NCBI GenBank assembly: GCA_009787115.1
Contig: WRGQ01000169.1
Coordinates: 1-43,816 of the forward strand
Origin: Bacteroidota bacterium
GTDB lineage: Bacteria > Bacteroidota > Bacteroidia > Bacteroidales > WCHB1-69
Direction: 5' to 3'
Length of the DNA: 43,816 bases
Numbering within the stretch: the stretch's first letter is position 1; each line of letters opens with the position of its first letter. Both the position numbers and the translations under genes were made by a program. Below are positions 26,083 to 37,293 of the stretch, piece after piece. The notes under the pieces are model-generated. The model saw only the letters and a list, made by a program, of their open reading frames with translations, did no database searches and was not told the DNA's origin.

Positions 26083-27330
26083 ATGAAAGTTAAAAGAGTT
26101 GTTATTACCGGATTAGGCGCACTTACTCCTATTGGTAATACGCTTCCTGATTATTGGAACGCTTTACTAAAAGGGGTAAGTGGTGCTAATTTGATTACTT
26201 ATTTTAATACGGAAAATTTTAAAACTAAGTTTGCCTGTGAAGTAAAAAACTTCGACCCTAACAATTTAATTGACAGAAAAATATCCCGCTCTATGGATAA
26301 GTGTGGGCAATATGCTTTTGTTACTGCTATGGAAGCAATTAAAGATAGCGGTTTAGACATTGAAAAAATTAACAAACAAAGGGTAGGTGTAATTTTGGGA
26401 ACAGCCATCGGCGGCATAGGCTCTATCATTGAAGCATTTAATACCTTTAATGAAAATGGCGGAGTTCCTAAGTTCAGTCCTTTTTTACTTACCCGATCTT
26501 TAGGCGATATGATTTCCGGAAATATAGCATTACACTATGGATTTTCGGGGACGAACTGTGTAACAACCTCTGCCTGCGCTTCCTCTGCTAATGCGTTAGC
26601 CGATGCGTATCACGCTATACAGTTAGGAAAAGTGGACATTGTAATCTCCGGCGGCGCGGAAGCCTGCATTAACCTCTTTGGCGTTGGCGGTTTTAATTCT
26701 ATGAACGCCCTCTCTATTCGCAACGATGAATATGAAACTGCTTCCCGTCCTTTTGACTTTACCCGCGATGGGTTTGTGCTGGGCGAAGGTTCGGCAACCT
26801 TAATTGTGGAAGATTACGAACACGCCAAAGCACGCGGCGCTAAAATCTATGCCGAACTTGCCGGCGTGGGATTAATAACCGATACACACCACATTACCGC
26901 TCCGCACCCGCAAGGCGAAGCCGCTAAATTAGCTATGCAAATTGCTATTGAAGACGCCAAATTAAAGATCACCGATATTGGACATATTAACACACACGGA
27001 ACCTCTACTCCGCTGGGCGATATATCAGAATGTATTGCCATTCGTAATCTATTTGGTGAACACGCTTACAAAATTGCTATCAATGCTACCAAATCTATGA
27101 CCGGACACATGCTGGGCGCTGCAGGTGCGGCTGAAGCAATCGCTACTATCCTTGCCCTGCAAAACGGAATTGTGCCACCAACTATTAACCTGAAAGAAAG
27201 AGATCCGGAAATTCCAGACTTTAATTTTGTCTCTAACCGTGCAACCGAATATAATTTTTATGCCGCAATCTCTAATTCTTTTGGCTTTGGAGGACACAAT
27301 GCATCATTAGTTTTTTCGAAATTTGATTAA
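26083..27330 (+). CDS. fabF: 3-oxoacyl-ACP synthase II
   Basis: 415 aa. Active-site Cys (TTSACASSANAL). His residues (HINTHGTSTPLGD, KSMTGHMLGAAG). C-terminal NSFGFGGHNASLVF. Confidence 0.95.
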   Translation: MKVKRVVITGLGALTPIGNTLPDYWNALLKGVSGANLITYFNTENFKTKFACEVKNFDPNNLIDRKISRSMDKCGQYAFVTAMEAIKDSGLDIEKINKQRVGVILGTAIGGIGSIIEAFNTFNENGGVPKFSPFLLTRSLGDMISGNIALHYGFSGTNCVTTSACASSANALADAYHAIQLGKVDIVISGGAEACINLFGVGGFNSMNALSIRNDEYETASRPFDFTRDGFVLGEGSATLIVEDYEHAKARGAKIYAELAGVGLITDTHHITAPHPQGEAAKLAMQIAIEDAKLKITDIGHINTHGTSTPLGDISECIAIRNLFGEHAYKIAINATKSMTGHMLGAAGAAEAIATILALQNGIVPPTINLKERDPEIPDFNFVSNRATEYNFYAAISNSFGFGGHNASLVFSKFD

Positions 27331-27341
27331 CAGATTAGGGT

Positions 27342-28049
27342 TTGAATATTTTTGTTAAAAAGCATAGTTCCGAAAAAGAAATCACAAAATTTCTTAAAAA
27401 TGTTTTAGGTATAAGACCTAAAAATTTAGATGTTTATAAAATGGCATTCATTCATTCCTCAGCTTCTTCTAAAAATGCGGTAATCAACGCACTGAACAAC
27501 GAACGTCTGGAATATTTGGGAGATGCTGTGCTAAACACGGTTGTGGCTGATTTTTTGTTTAAGAAATTTCCACTCCATCTGGAGGGACCCCTTACAGAAA
27601 TGCGCTCAAAAATTGTTTGCAGAGACCACCTGAACAAACTTTCATATAAAATGGGACTCAATAAATTTGTTATAATTGAACCCAAATGTCGCCCAAATTC
27701 TATTCAGGGAGATACTTTTGAAGCGCTTATCGGTGCGCTCTATTTAGATAAAGGCTATAATAAAACCAAGAGCATTATCATTAACAAACTGTTGCTCACT
27801 TTTATGGATTTAGATACTGTTTTACGTGAAGAACATAACTATAAAAGTAAACTCATAAATTGGACGCAGAAAAAAGGTTTGAAAATAAAATTTGAAAGTA
27901 AAACCATTGGTAATTCCAACGGAAGGAAACTATTTCTTTCACAATGTTTTATAAATGGAAACTTCATTGCCGAAGCAGAAGATTTTAAAGTAAAGAAAGC
28001 CGATCAATTAGCCGCAGCAAAAGCATGTGAAAAACTACAACTTACGTGA
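27342..28049 (+). CDS. rnc: Ribonuclease III
   Basis: 235 aa. RNase III signature NERLEYLGDAVL. C-terminal dsRBD (KSKLINWTQKKG...ADQLAAAKACEKL). TTG start, with no upstream ATG. Confidence 0.9.
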   Translation: MNIFVKKHSSEKEITKFLKNVLGIRPKNLDVYKMAFIHSSASSKNAVINALNNERLEYLGDAVLNTVVADFLFKKFPLHLEGPLTEMRSKIVCRDHLNKLSYKMGLNKFVIIEPKCRPNSIQGDTFEALIGALYLDKGYNKTKSIIINKLLLTFMDLDTVLREEHNYKSKLINWTQKKGLKIKFESKTIGNSNGRKLFLSQCFINGNFIAEAEDFKVKKADQLAAAKACEKLQLT

Positions 28050-28053
28050 TGAT

Positions 28054-28803
28054 ATGGCAAAGCAGCATAAAAAGAAAACCTTAAATACTGCCGATTTCTT
28101 CGGTGTCTATAACACCTATCGCATTTTTGCCTTGCAATCGGAGGCTTCGGCGTTTCCTTTTGCGCACCAATTAGGAGAGGCTATGCAAACCTCATTTTCT
28201 ATTTTGCCCGATTTTGAATATCATTCCAACAAATTTATCGCCAAATTCTCTGTCTTTTATGCTGAATATTCTCAGGAAGAATCCATTCATTTTCTGTTGT
28301 TGGAAAATAAAACGGTACATTTTAATCAAACAGACATCTTTGTTTCCAAAATTGAAAAAAACCTTCCGTTTCAAACGCTCTCTTTATTTGAAGAGTGGTT
28401 GTATCTCTTTAACAATCAAGGATTGCGCTGCTTTGATTCGGGAATTGACAATGCGGATTATCTTTTATTATTATATGCTAAAAAAGATATTGAAAACGAC
28501 ATATTTGCACATATTTTGAAAAAAATTGCTCCATTTAAAGCAAAAGATATTTCATATTTAATTGAAAGAGAACAAACCTCTGCTGAAGTAAAAATGGTTT
28601 CATTTTTAAGAGATTTCTATTGCAAATATGAAGTAAAAGCCACCTATTTTTCCAGAAAAAGAAAAATGGATATCTTAGCCCCTGTAAAACAGATTCCGAG
28701 AAAGAACTTGCAGTATCCTATTCCCATATTGCTGGAAAACAATTCTATTGCAGATAATTTGCTGTTGTCGGAAGAGAATCTGGCGATACTTCGTGACGCG
28801 TAA
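28054..28803 (+). CDS. Hypothetical protein (no recognisable motif)
   Basis: The ORF opens at 28027 inside rnc. ATG 28054 (MAKQHKKK...) lies 4 nt after the rnc stop. Coding-like composition with no motif I can name. Confidence 0.5.
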   Translation: MAKQHKKKTLNTADFFGVYNTYRIFALQSEASAFPFAHQLGEAMQTSFSILPDFEYHSNKFIAKFSVFYAEYSQEESIHFLLLENKTVHFNQTDIFVSKIEKNLPFQTLSLFEEWLYLFNNQGLRCFDSGIDNADYLLLLYAKKDIENDIFAHILKKIAPFKAKDISYLIEREQTSAEVKMVSFLRDFYCKYEVKATYFSRKRKMDILAPVKQIPRKNLQYPIPILLENNSIADNLLLSEENLAILRDA

Positions 28804-28810
28804 CAAATAG

Positions 28811-28854
28811 CTCACATCATCTAATCATCTAATCATCTAATCACTTGTCTCACG
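28811..28854. repeat. CTCACAT, then CATCTAAT x3, then CACTTGT CTCACG
   Basis: Three perfect 8-nt units at 28818-28841, in the convergent spacer between the hypothetical gene and tsaB. TAA falls in all three + frames. Confidence 0.95.
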
Positions 28855-28862
28855 AAAATTAC

Positions 28863-29552
28863 TCATAATCCTTTTATCCCTGATTTTTTAGCAACATATT
28901 CTTTAAAATAGAACGGCTCGAAATAGGCAACGTCTTCAAATTCTTTGTTATTAAATTTTTCCAATGCAGGGCGCAGCATATTGTCCGCATATAAAGGAGT
29001 GTCAATAAAACGGGCGTTGGGGTGTTTTATAACAGGTTTGCATTTTGCCATTCCGTTGCCACAAAAACAGATAATCCGGTTTTCTAATTCATGGGAAAAT
29101 GAATTTTCATCAATAATTTTATTTTCTACTTCTGTAATTCTCTCGCCGGTATCATTGAATAGTGCCGTAAAAACTTCCATACGTCTCGCATCAATCATTG
29201 GGCAGTATAATGCGTTCTGTTCCGGTTTCTGTTGGTTTAAAACTCCAAAAACAACACTTTGCAGTGTAGAAATGCCGATGAGCGGAATATTAAGTGCATA
29301 GCAAATCCCCTTTGCTGCAGAAGCCCCAATACGCAATCCTGTGTAAGAACCGGGTCCCATACTCAATACTACGCCATCAATTTCGGAGATATTGCATTGG
29401 CTTTTCGCCAACACTTGTTCAATAAAAGGAAACAGATGCTCCGTATGAGAATTGCCCTTCTCTAAACAAATAGAAGCAACAATATCATTTCCTTTGGATA
29501 ATGCAACAGAACAAACCTCTGTAGCCGACTCTATATATAGTAATTGGGGCAT
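28863..29552 (-). CDS. tsaB: tRNA N6-threonylcarbamoyladenosine biosynthesis protein TsaB (YeaZ)
   Basis: 229 aa. LYIESATEVCSVAL N-terminus and the GPGSYTGLRIG motif. Confidence 0.85.
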   Translation of the reverse strand: MPQLLYIESATEVCSVALSKGNDIVASICLEKGNSHTEHLFPFIEQVLAKSQCNISEIDGVVLSMGPGSYTGLRIGASAAKGICYALNIPLIGISTLQSVVFGVLNQQKPEQNALYCPMIDARRMEVFTALFNDTGERITEVENKIIDENSFSHELENRIICFCGNGMAKCKPVIKHPNARFIDTPLYADNMLRPALEKFNNKEFEDVAYFEPFYFKEYVAKKSGIKGL

Positions 29553-29597
29553 TGTTTAAGTGTTAAGTTTATTCCTAATTCGTAATTCGTTATGTTT
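29553..29597. repeat. TGTTTAAG TGTTAAG TTTATTC CTAATTC GTAATTC GTTATGT array
   Basis: Fills the whole hutH-tsaB spacer. The TAATTCG/CGTAATT unit is the same family as 40951-40978. Confidence 0.8.
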
Positions 29598-31079
29598 TCA
29601 TGCGTCACGCAAAAACTCCTGTGATTTGTGCATCAGTTCATACATCAGCGTATCGTTTTCTACAAAGGGGATTTGCTCTCTATAACAGGCAACGAACTCT
29701 TCCAGCGAGGGCGAGGTTTTCAAGGGGCGGCGGAACTCTAAAGCCTGGGCAGCGTTCAGTAGTTCTATAGCTAATACTTTTTCCACGTTATTGATAACGA
29801 TGTAGGCTTTTGTGGCGGCATTAGCGCCCATACTGACATGGTCTTCCTGTCCTTGCGAAGACTCGATAGAATCGGCAGAAGCAGGCATACAGAGGGTTTT
29901 GTTTTGACTTACAATAGACGCCGCCGTGTATTGCGGAATCATAAATCCCGAATTGAGTCCCGGATTTTTTACTAAGAATGAAGGCAACCCTCTTTTCCCA
30001 GAAATTAACTGGTAAATTCTGCGCTCCGAGATGTTAGCAAGTTCCGACATGGATAGCGTTAGAAAGTCTATAGCCAATGCCAGGGGCTGTCCGTGAAAGT
30101 TTCCGGCTGAAATAATCATATCTTCATCAGGGAAGATCGTAGGATTGTCGGTAACGGAGTTAATTTCTGTTTCTACAACACTCTTTACGTAGTTAATGGC
30201 ATCTTTGGTGGCGCCGTGCACTTGCGGGATACAGCGAAAAGAATAGGGGTCTTGTACGTGTTCTTTTTTGAGCGCCAAAATTTCAGAATCTTCCAGAAAA
30301 TCGGTAATGTTGGCGGCGGTAGCAAGTTGCCCAATGTGCGGGCGCACTATATGTACCGACAGATGAAACGGCTCAATATGTCCCTGAAAAGTATCTAAAG
30401 AAAGTGCGGCAATCATATCTGCAAGGTGGGATAGTTTTTCCGATTTCAGTACCAACCACGTGGCATAAGCGCTCATAAACTGAGTGCCGTTCAGTAGCGC
30501 CAGCCCTTCTTTAGATTGCAGGGAGAGAGGCTGCCATCCAAATTTGGCATTCACATCGGCGGCTTTCTGTTTTTTGCCTTTGTAATATACCTCACCCAAA
30601 TTGAGCAAAGGCAAAGAGAGGTGCGCCAACGGCGCCAAATCTCCTGAAGCACCCAGCGAACCTTGTTGATATACCACCGGATATACATCGTTGTTGAAGA
30701 AATCAATTAAGCGTTCAATAGTTGCCGTTTGCACGCCGGAGTGCCCGTATGACAGGGATTGTATTTTCAAAAGCAACATCAGTTTTACAATCTCTTGCGG
30801 CACTTCATCACCAAAACCGCAAGCATGAGAAACCACCAAATTGCGTTGCAGTTGCGCAAGGTCTTCTTTTGAAATGCTTGTATTACAGAGAGAACCAAAA
30901 CCGGTAGTAACACCATAAACCGGAGTAGTTTGATGTTCCATTTTGTCATCTAAATAAGTGCGGCATTTTTCTACTGAAATTTTAGAATCTTCCGAAAGTT
31001 CAATTTTGAGTTTTTTATGAATGATGTTATGGATATTTTCGAGCGTTAAAAACTCGTTTGAGATGCGGTGTTTTTTCAT
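29598..31079 (-). CDS. hutH: Histidine ammonia-lyase
   Basis: 493 aa. MIO-forming GASGDLAPLAHL. TGFG. The LVVSHACGFG (Ser-His) selectivity motif is typical of HAL rather than TAL/PAL. Confidence 0.8.
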   Translation of the reverse strand: MKKHRISNEFLTLENIHNIIHKKLKIELSEDSKISVEKCRTYLDDKMEHQTTPVYGVTTGFGSLCNTSISKEDLAQLQRNLVVSHACGFGDEVPQEIVKLMLLLKIQSLSYGHSGVQTATIERLIDFFNNDVYPVVYQQGSLGASGDLAPLAHLSLPLLNLGEVYYKGKKQKAADVNAKFGWQPLSLQSKEGLALLNGTQFMSAYATWLVLKSEKLSHLADMIAALSLDTFQGHIEPFHLSVHIVRPHIGQLATAANITDFLEDSEILALKKEHVQDPYSFRCIPQVHGATKDAINYVKSVVETEINSVTDNPTIFPDEDMIISAGNFHGQPLALAIDFLTLSMSELANISERRIYQLISGKRGLPSFLVKNPGLNSGFMIPQYTAASIVSQNKTLCMPASADSIESSQGQEDHVSMGANAATKAYIVINNVEKVLAIELLNAAQALEFRRPLKTSPSLEEFVACYREQIPFVENDTLMYELMHKSQEFLRDA

Positions 31080-31125
31080 AACAGTTTATTTTTTTGATAA
31101 ATATGATGTTTCAAATGGGTGGCTC

Positions 31126-31133
31126 AAAAATAT
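31126..31133 (-). promoter_or_regulatory. Candidate -7 box (TATTTTTG on - strand) for hutH
   Basis: The + strand reads CAAAAATA, 46 nt upstream of the ATG at 31079. Confidence 0.4.
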
Positions 31134-31164
31134 AATAAAAATGTTTAAGGTAACAATAAAAATA

Positions 31165-31172
31165 TACTTTTG
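31165..31172 (+). promoter_or_regulatory. Candidate -7 box TACTTTTG for the hypothetical-lptB unit
   Basis: Matches TAnnTTTG, 23 nt upstream of ATG 31196. It overlaps the region just before the TTG (31184) used by the ORF track, which favours the ATG start. Confidence 0.4.
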
Positions 31173-31195
31173 CGGGGTAGTTATTGGATAATACT

Positions 31196-31606
31196 ATGAA
31201 CATTTTCTCTCCCCCCACCCGCGTAAACATCTCTGCCGAGAAACTCTTTAACTTGTCGGGCAATTGCCGAAACTTTGCTCATTTTTTAGATGAGCAGGCG
31301 AAAGATATCAGCGCAACGGAAGATATTTGCAGTTTTACTGTTGAAAATATTGCCAGAATTAATTTGAAAATATTGGAGAAAACGCCTTTCACTGCTATTC
31401 GTTTTGCAGCTGCAAATGATAAAAATATTCCATTTTTTATTACATTGAATTATTCAGTTGCCTCTGAAAATGAAACAGATGTTACCGTAAACCTAGATAT
31501 AGACCTGCCCATTTTTTTGAGACCTGTACTACAAACACCTTTACAGCGTTTTATGAATACATTATCTGAAAAAATTAAAAACAACGCTGAAAAATTAGAA
31601 GCATGA
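31196..31606 (+). CDS. Hypothetical protein, possibly SRPBCC-like, translationally coupled to lptB
   Basis: 136 aa from ATG 31196 ([10 protein letters not shown]...). ATGA overlap with the lptB start. No motif I can name with confidence. Confidence 0.45.
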   Translation: MNIFSPPTRVNISAEKLFNLSGNCRNFAHFLDEQAKDISATEDICSFTVENIARINLKILEKTPFTAIRFAAANDKNIPFFITLNYSVASENETDVTVNLDIDLPIFLRPVLQTPLQRFMNTLSEKIKNNAEKLEA

Positions 31607-32334
31607 GTCATTGTATCAGAACTGAGAATTTAGTAAAGATTTATAAAAATCGTAAGGTTGTTAACGAAGCCTCTTTTGATGTAAAACAAGGAGAGATTGT
31701 AGGGTTGCTCGGTCCAAACGGCGCAGGAAAAACCACCTCTTTTTATATGATTGTAGGAATCATTAGACCCTTTTCCGGAAATATTTTCTTAGATGATGTT
31801 GATATTACGAAACTCCCCATGTATAAGCGCGCCCAAATGGGGATATCGTACCTGCCGCAGGAAGCCTCTGTTTTTCGCCATCTCTCCGTAGAAGACAATA
31901 TTCGCGCTATCCTGCAATTTTCCGGAAGAAGTAAAGAGGAGCAAAATGAGCGATTGGAAAGCTTGATACAGGAGTTTAACATACAAAAAGTTCGGAAAAA
32001 TTTGGGACAAAATCTTTCCGGCGGAGAGCGCAGGCGTACCGAAATTGCACGTTGCCTGGCGTCAAATCCTAAATTTATATTGTTAGACGAGCCTTTTGCC
32101 GGCGTGGATCCTATTGCTGTGGAAGATATTCAAAACATCGTTTGGAAACTGAAGGAGAAAAACATCGGTATTCTCATTACTGACCACAATGTGCACGAAA
32201 CTTTGTCCATTACCGATAGAGCGTATCTGCTCTTTGAAGGGCGCATTATCAAAACCGGAACTGCCGAAGAACTCGCCGAAGACGAGTATGTGCGAACGGT
32301 GTATCTGGGAAAGAATTTTGAGCTAAGACGGTAG
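31603..32334 (+). CDS. lptB: LPS export ABC transporter ATP-binding protein LptB
   Basis: 243 aa. Walker [10 protein letters not shown], signature LSGGERRR, Walker [10 protein letters not shown]. The [18 protein letters not shown] stretch is typical of LptB. Confidence 0.9.
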   Translation: MSHCIRTENLVKIYKNRKVVNEASFDVKQGEIVGLLGPNGAGKTTSFYMIVGIIRPFSGNIFLDDVDITKLPMYKRAQMGISYLPQEASVFRHLSVEDNIRAILQFSGRSKEEQNERLESLIQEFNIQKVRKNLGQNLSGGERRRTEIARCLASNPKFILLDEPFAGVDPIAVEDIQNIVWKLKEKNIGILITDHNVHETLSITDRAYLLFEGRIIKTGTAEELAEDEYVRTVYLGKNFELRR

Positions 32335-32344
32335 AAGAAATATC

Positions 32345-33652
32345 TTACTTGACAGACAGTGTGCTCGCACCTATCAACTTGTCGTAAGAGGTTCCCTCTT
32401 CTTGCAGATACAATAGAATGGTATAGTTATTGGGCGTTTCCCAGTGACTGCCTTCAATGTAAGTATCATTAATGGTTTTAGAACCTTTTGGAATAAATAC
32501 ATACATATAATTATAAAAGCCCTGTTTTAAATAAAAGTCAGTTTCCCAATAATTATTTTTGGAGTTGAAAGCTAATTTGGCTTTGGGATCAATACGCCAA
32601 TCGGTAAGTTCTCCAAAAACGTACAGATTTCCGGGTTCAACCTGAAAGTCGCACCGTAATGTAAAATGCACCAGCACATAATCTTCGGTGTTTGATCCTG
32701 CAAAATCCTGATTTCCATAAAAGCAGTATCCTTTCAAGGTAGTGTTTGAAACGTAGGCACCCCACGGACGAGCCAAATCTTCCATCACGTATGCCTGATT
32801 AATTCTGTTGTTGAAATTTACGGAAACAATCCTGTCTGACGTTGAACGTAACGTTCTAATATCAAATGTCCTAAAATCGTTTATTCCATTAAAAACGTTC
32901 TTATTCAGGTTGTCGAAATTAAAACCGTATTCTCCGGTTTTTGATGTTCTGCAACTTAGTCCTTCAATGGCATTGTCCCAACGTCCGTTTTGTAAAATGG
33001 TAGCGTGCAAATACATACTTGAATTTCTGATAGCGTACGCGCCGGTATATGCAGTAAAATCAACCTGTTGTTTGGTAGAACGAAATTCAATATCTTGCGC
33101 CCATGTAACGTTTCCTTTTATACTCGCCTGTTGTTTTTCAACTACCATAAATCTTCTGGTTAATAAAGGATTATCAATAGTTTCATCATACACTACCAAT
33201 AGATAATTACCCGATTTGGTAATGCGCATCTCTTGGGTCGGAAATATTAATCTGTATCGGGTATAAGGAACTATGGTATTGAATGAAAATGAATACTCAT
33301 TAATTAAATCTTCAACAAAACCGTCCAAATACTCAATTTGGTTTAATTGGGAGTATTGCCAATTATGGGTACAATGAATGAATGTGTATTTTAAAAACCT
33401 GTCTTTTTGAAGCAAATCATCAAAAGTTAATACCAATCTTTCTCCTGAAAAAAGTTGAATAACGGGCTGTCCCATATCAACGCCCTGAGAAGTAAGTTTA
33501 ATGCTAAGAATCGTTTCGTCGTAAACGTTATTAGCAGTAGAAATATCTGTTGGCGCTTGCGCTAAAGAATGGAAAATTGTAAACTGAGAAATGAGCATTA
33601 AAAGAAAAAAGATAAATTTTTCTGCTTTTTGGTTTTTAAATTTTGTATTCAT
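32345..33652 (-). CDS. Secreted beta-rich protein, possibly DUF5103 / T9SS plug-protein family
   Basis: 435 aa. Signal peptide. N-terminal VYDETILSIKL...PVIQLFSGERLVLTFDDL resembles my recollection of DUF5103 proteins. Unverified without an HMM search. Confidence 0.4.
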   Translation of the reverse strand: MNTKFKNQKAEKFIFFLLMLISQFTIFHSLAQAPTDISTANNVYDETILSIKLTSQGVDMGQPVIQLFSGERLVLTFDDLLQKDRFLKYTFIHCTHNWQYSQLNQIEYLDGFVEDLINEYSFSFNTIVPYTRYRLIFPTQEMRITKSGNYLLVVYDETIDNPLLTRRFMVVEKQQASIKGNVTWAQDIEFRSTKQQVDFTAYTGAYAIRNSSMYLHATILQNGRWDNAIEGLSCRTSKTGEYGFNFDNLNKNVFNGINDFRTFDIRTLRSTSDRIVSVNFNNRINQAYVMEDLARPWGAYVSNTTLKGYCFYGNQDFAGSNTEDYVLVHFTLRCDFQVEPGNLYVFGELTDWRIDPKAKLAFNSKNNYWETDFYLKQGFYNYMYVFIPKGSKTINDTYIEGSHWETPNNYTILLYLQEEGTSYDKLIGASTLSVK

Positions 33653-33655
33653 TGA

Positions 33656-35518
<1,863 letters not shown>

Positions 35519-35549
35519 CGTTTAATATTTTGAAAACAAATTAACGCAG

Positions 35550-35557
35550 CAAAAATA
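35550..35557 (-). promoter_or_regulatory. Candidate -7 box (TATTTTTG on - strand) for batD
   Basis: The + strand reads CAAAAATA, 31 nt upstream of the ATG at 35518. Confidence 0.4.
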
Positions 35558-35582
35558 GAAATATTACTTATTTATAATAAAG

Positions 35583-36053
35583 TTAAGATGAGTGGAAATA
35601 GAAATCCTTTAAAGCGGGTACTATCGGTTCAATATATTTATAGGTAAACGATTTTTCTACGGCTTTTTCCGTTAAGATGGCGTGCTTTGAATCAATACTG
35701 TTAATCAAGTAGAAAACTGCGCTGAAGATTACGAGAACTTTGGCAATTCCAAACAAGCCGCCGAGCAGATTATTCACAAATTCAGGAATTACAAGTTTAA
35801 TGATTTTTTCTACTAATCTGCCCAGCAAATAAACCGCAATGAGAACAATAAGAAAAGTAATGGCAAAATATACTTCCTTAGGAATTGCGGGGTTGTTGAT
35901 CCATTTTTCCACGAAATCGGTAAAAACAAAAGCGGCGTAAATACCGAGAATAAGCGCTGCCAAAGAAGCCAATTCGCGAATCAGCCCGTGTGTAAAACCT
36001 TTGTATCCAAACCAAAGTGCAGGGATAATAACAATAATATCAAGATAACTCAT
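35583..36053 (-). CDS. cvpA: CvpA-family membrane protein
   Basis: The ORF opens at 36101, but MSYLDIIVIIPALWFGYKGFTHGLIRE from 36053 is the canonical CvpA N-terminus. Four TM helices. Confidence 0.8.
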   Translation of the reverse strand: MSYLDIIVIIPALWFGYKGFTHGLIRELASLAALILGIYAAFVFTDFVEKWINNPAIPKEVYFAITFLIVLIAVYLLGRLVEKIIKLVIPEFVNNLLGGLFGIAKVLVIFSAVFYLINSIDSKHAILTEKAVEKSFTYKYIEPIVPALKDFYFHSS

Positions 36054-36057
36054 AAAA

Positions 36058-37188
36058 CTACTTTCTTTGATAATGCACCAAGTTAAATTGGGGAAGTGCA
36101 ACGAGAACGTGTTCCATCACTTCGGCTTGTATTTTCTCGTAATCCAACCATTCAATAGTTTTTGCGAAGCAGTAGAGTTCTACAGGTACTCCAAATTCAT
36201 TGGTAGGCAGTAATCTTATCAGTAGCGTTGAATCGGTGGAGATATCGCCTCTGTTTTTTAAATACTCAGCCAAATATTCGCGGAAGCAACCCAGATTGGT
36301 TTCTTGCGGGAGGTTGATTTTTGATAGCATTTCGGGTGTAGGTTTTGCAATACTGGAAGAATCAATGAAAAATGAGCGTTTGATTCTTCTCACCCCCTGT
36401 TCTTCCATACCGCGCCAGTTTTGAAATGTGTCGGTAACTAATTGACGTACCGGAACGGTGGAGATAGTATTGTCGAAATTGCGTACCTTCACGGAGATGA
36501 GATTTATCTCCTCTACAGTACCGTCTGCATCATATTTGGATACGGTAATCCAATCGCCATTTCTGACTAAATCGTTGGAAGACAGTTGTATGCTATTTAC
36601 AAATCCTACAATTGTGTCTTGAAATACAAGCATTAAAATAGCTGTAAATCCGCCCAAACCGGTTAAAAACAACGCAGGCGATTTATTGATAAGAATGGAA
36701 ACAATGAGAATGATGGAGATCGCCCATATAATAATGGAAACAATTTGTACATAACTCTTTATAGGTTTATCTTTGGACGCTTCCAATTGTAACAAAATAT
36801 CGCAGAGCGCCCGAAGAAAAGCTATCAGAATCAAAGTAACATTTAAGATGAGAAAAATGTTGAGGATCGCCGCAAATACTATCTCCGATTTTGTACCTTG
36901 TAAGAAAAATTCCGACGCTAAATTTCTGATTATAAGTATAGGTAGAATAAAGGAGAGTTGAATAAAAAACCGTTCTTTTAATAGAGATGTTTTCCATTTT
37001 GATGGGAATCTCTTATTGGCAATTCTAATAGCATTTTGTAATATAATCCGGATAATGTAGTATAGAATAACCCCTGCGCAAATCAGCATGGCTGCGGTAG
37101 TTATAGCAGAAACAAAGGATAAAAACTGTCCTGATAAACCTAATTGGGAAAAAAATAATCGTATGGCTTCACGAATCCAATTGAACAT
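36058..37188 (-). CDS. Mechanosensitive ion channel family protein (MscS-like)
   Basis: TM helices followed by the MscS beta-domain motif (GDWITVSKYDADGTVEEINLISVKVRNFDNTISTVP). Start moved to ATG 37188 (MFNWIREA), supported by the -7 box at 37219-37226. The ORF track start is 37284. Confidence 0.8.
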   Translation of the reverse strand: MFNWIREAIRLFFSQLGLSGQFLSFVSAITTAAMLICAGVILYYIIRIILQNAIRIANKRFPSKWKTSLLKERFFIQLSFILPILIIRNLASEFFLQGTKSEIVFAAILNIFLILNVTLILIAFLRALCDILLQLEASKDKPIKSYVQIVSIIIWAISIILIVSILINKSPALFLTGLGGFTAILMLVFQDTIVGFVNSIQLSSNDLVRNGDWITVSKYDADGTVEEINLISVKVRNFDNTISTVPVRQLVTDTFQNWRGMEEQGVRRIKRSFFIDSSSIAKPTPEMLSKINLPQETNLGCFREYLAEYLKNRGDISTDSTLLIRLLPTNEFGVPVELYCFAKTIEWLDYEKIQAEVMEHVLVALPQFNLVHYQRK

Positions 37189-37218
37189 ACTTTCAGTATT
37201 ATATTTTGATTTTGACGG

Positions 37219-37226
37219 CAAAAATA
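37219..37226 (-). promoter_or_regulatory. Candidate -7 box (TATTTTTG on - strand) for the mscS-cvpA unit
   Basis: The + strand reads CAAAAATA, 30 nt upstream of ATG 37188. It lies inside the longer ORF-track version of the gene. Confidence 0.4.
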
Positions 37227-37259
37227 GGGTTTTTATTTTTACTGTGATTAGAAAAATAT

Positions 37260-37267
37260 TATTTTTG
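37260..37267 (+). promoter_or_regulatory. Candidate -7 box TATTTTTG for the glycogen debranching enzyme gene
   Basis: Matches TAnnTTTG, 26 nt upstream of ATG 37294. Confidence 0.4.
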
Positions 37268-37293
37268 CCTTTCAAATTTTTCACTTAAAAACT

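Noticed and set aside
28054-28803. Assigning the post-rnc hypothetical protein to a named family (I considered the IPExxxVDY family)
   Set aside because: The diagnostic motif is not present; only a loose ...IDNADY... is seen. The length also does not fit my recollection, so the protein is left as hypothetical.
29598-31079. The HAL-family enzyme as a tyrosine or phenylalanine ammonia-lyase (flexirubin-type pathway)
   Set aside because: The selectivity position reads Ser-His (LVVSHACG), as in histidine ammonia-lyases, not His-Leu (TAL) or Phe-Leu (PAL). There are no polyketide or dar genes nearby.
36054-36101. N-terminal extensions in the ORF track for cvpA (36101), the MscS-family gene (37284) and acpP (25793)
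   Set aside because: The extensions lack homology-like sequence and cross the upstream gene or promoter box. Internal ATGs give canonical N-termini (MSYLDII..., MFNWIREA..., MAEIIERV...).
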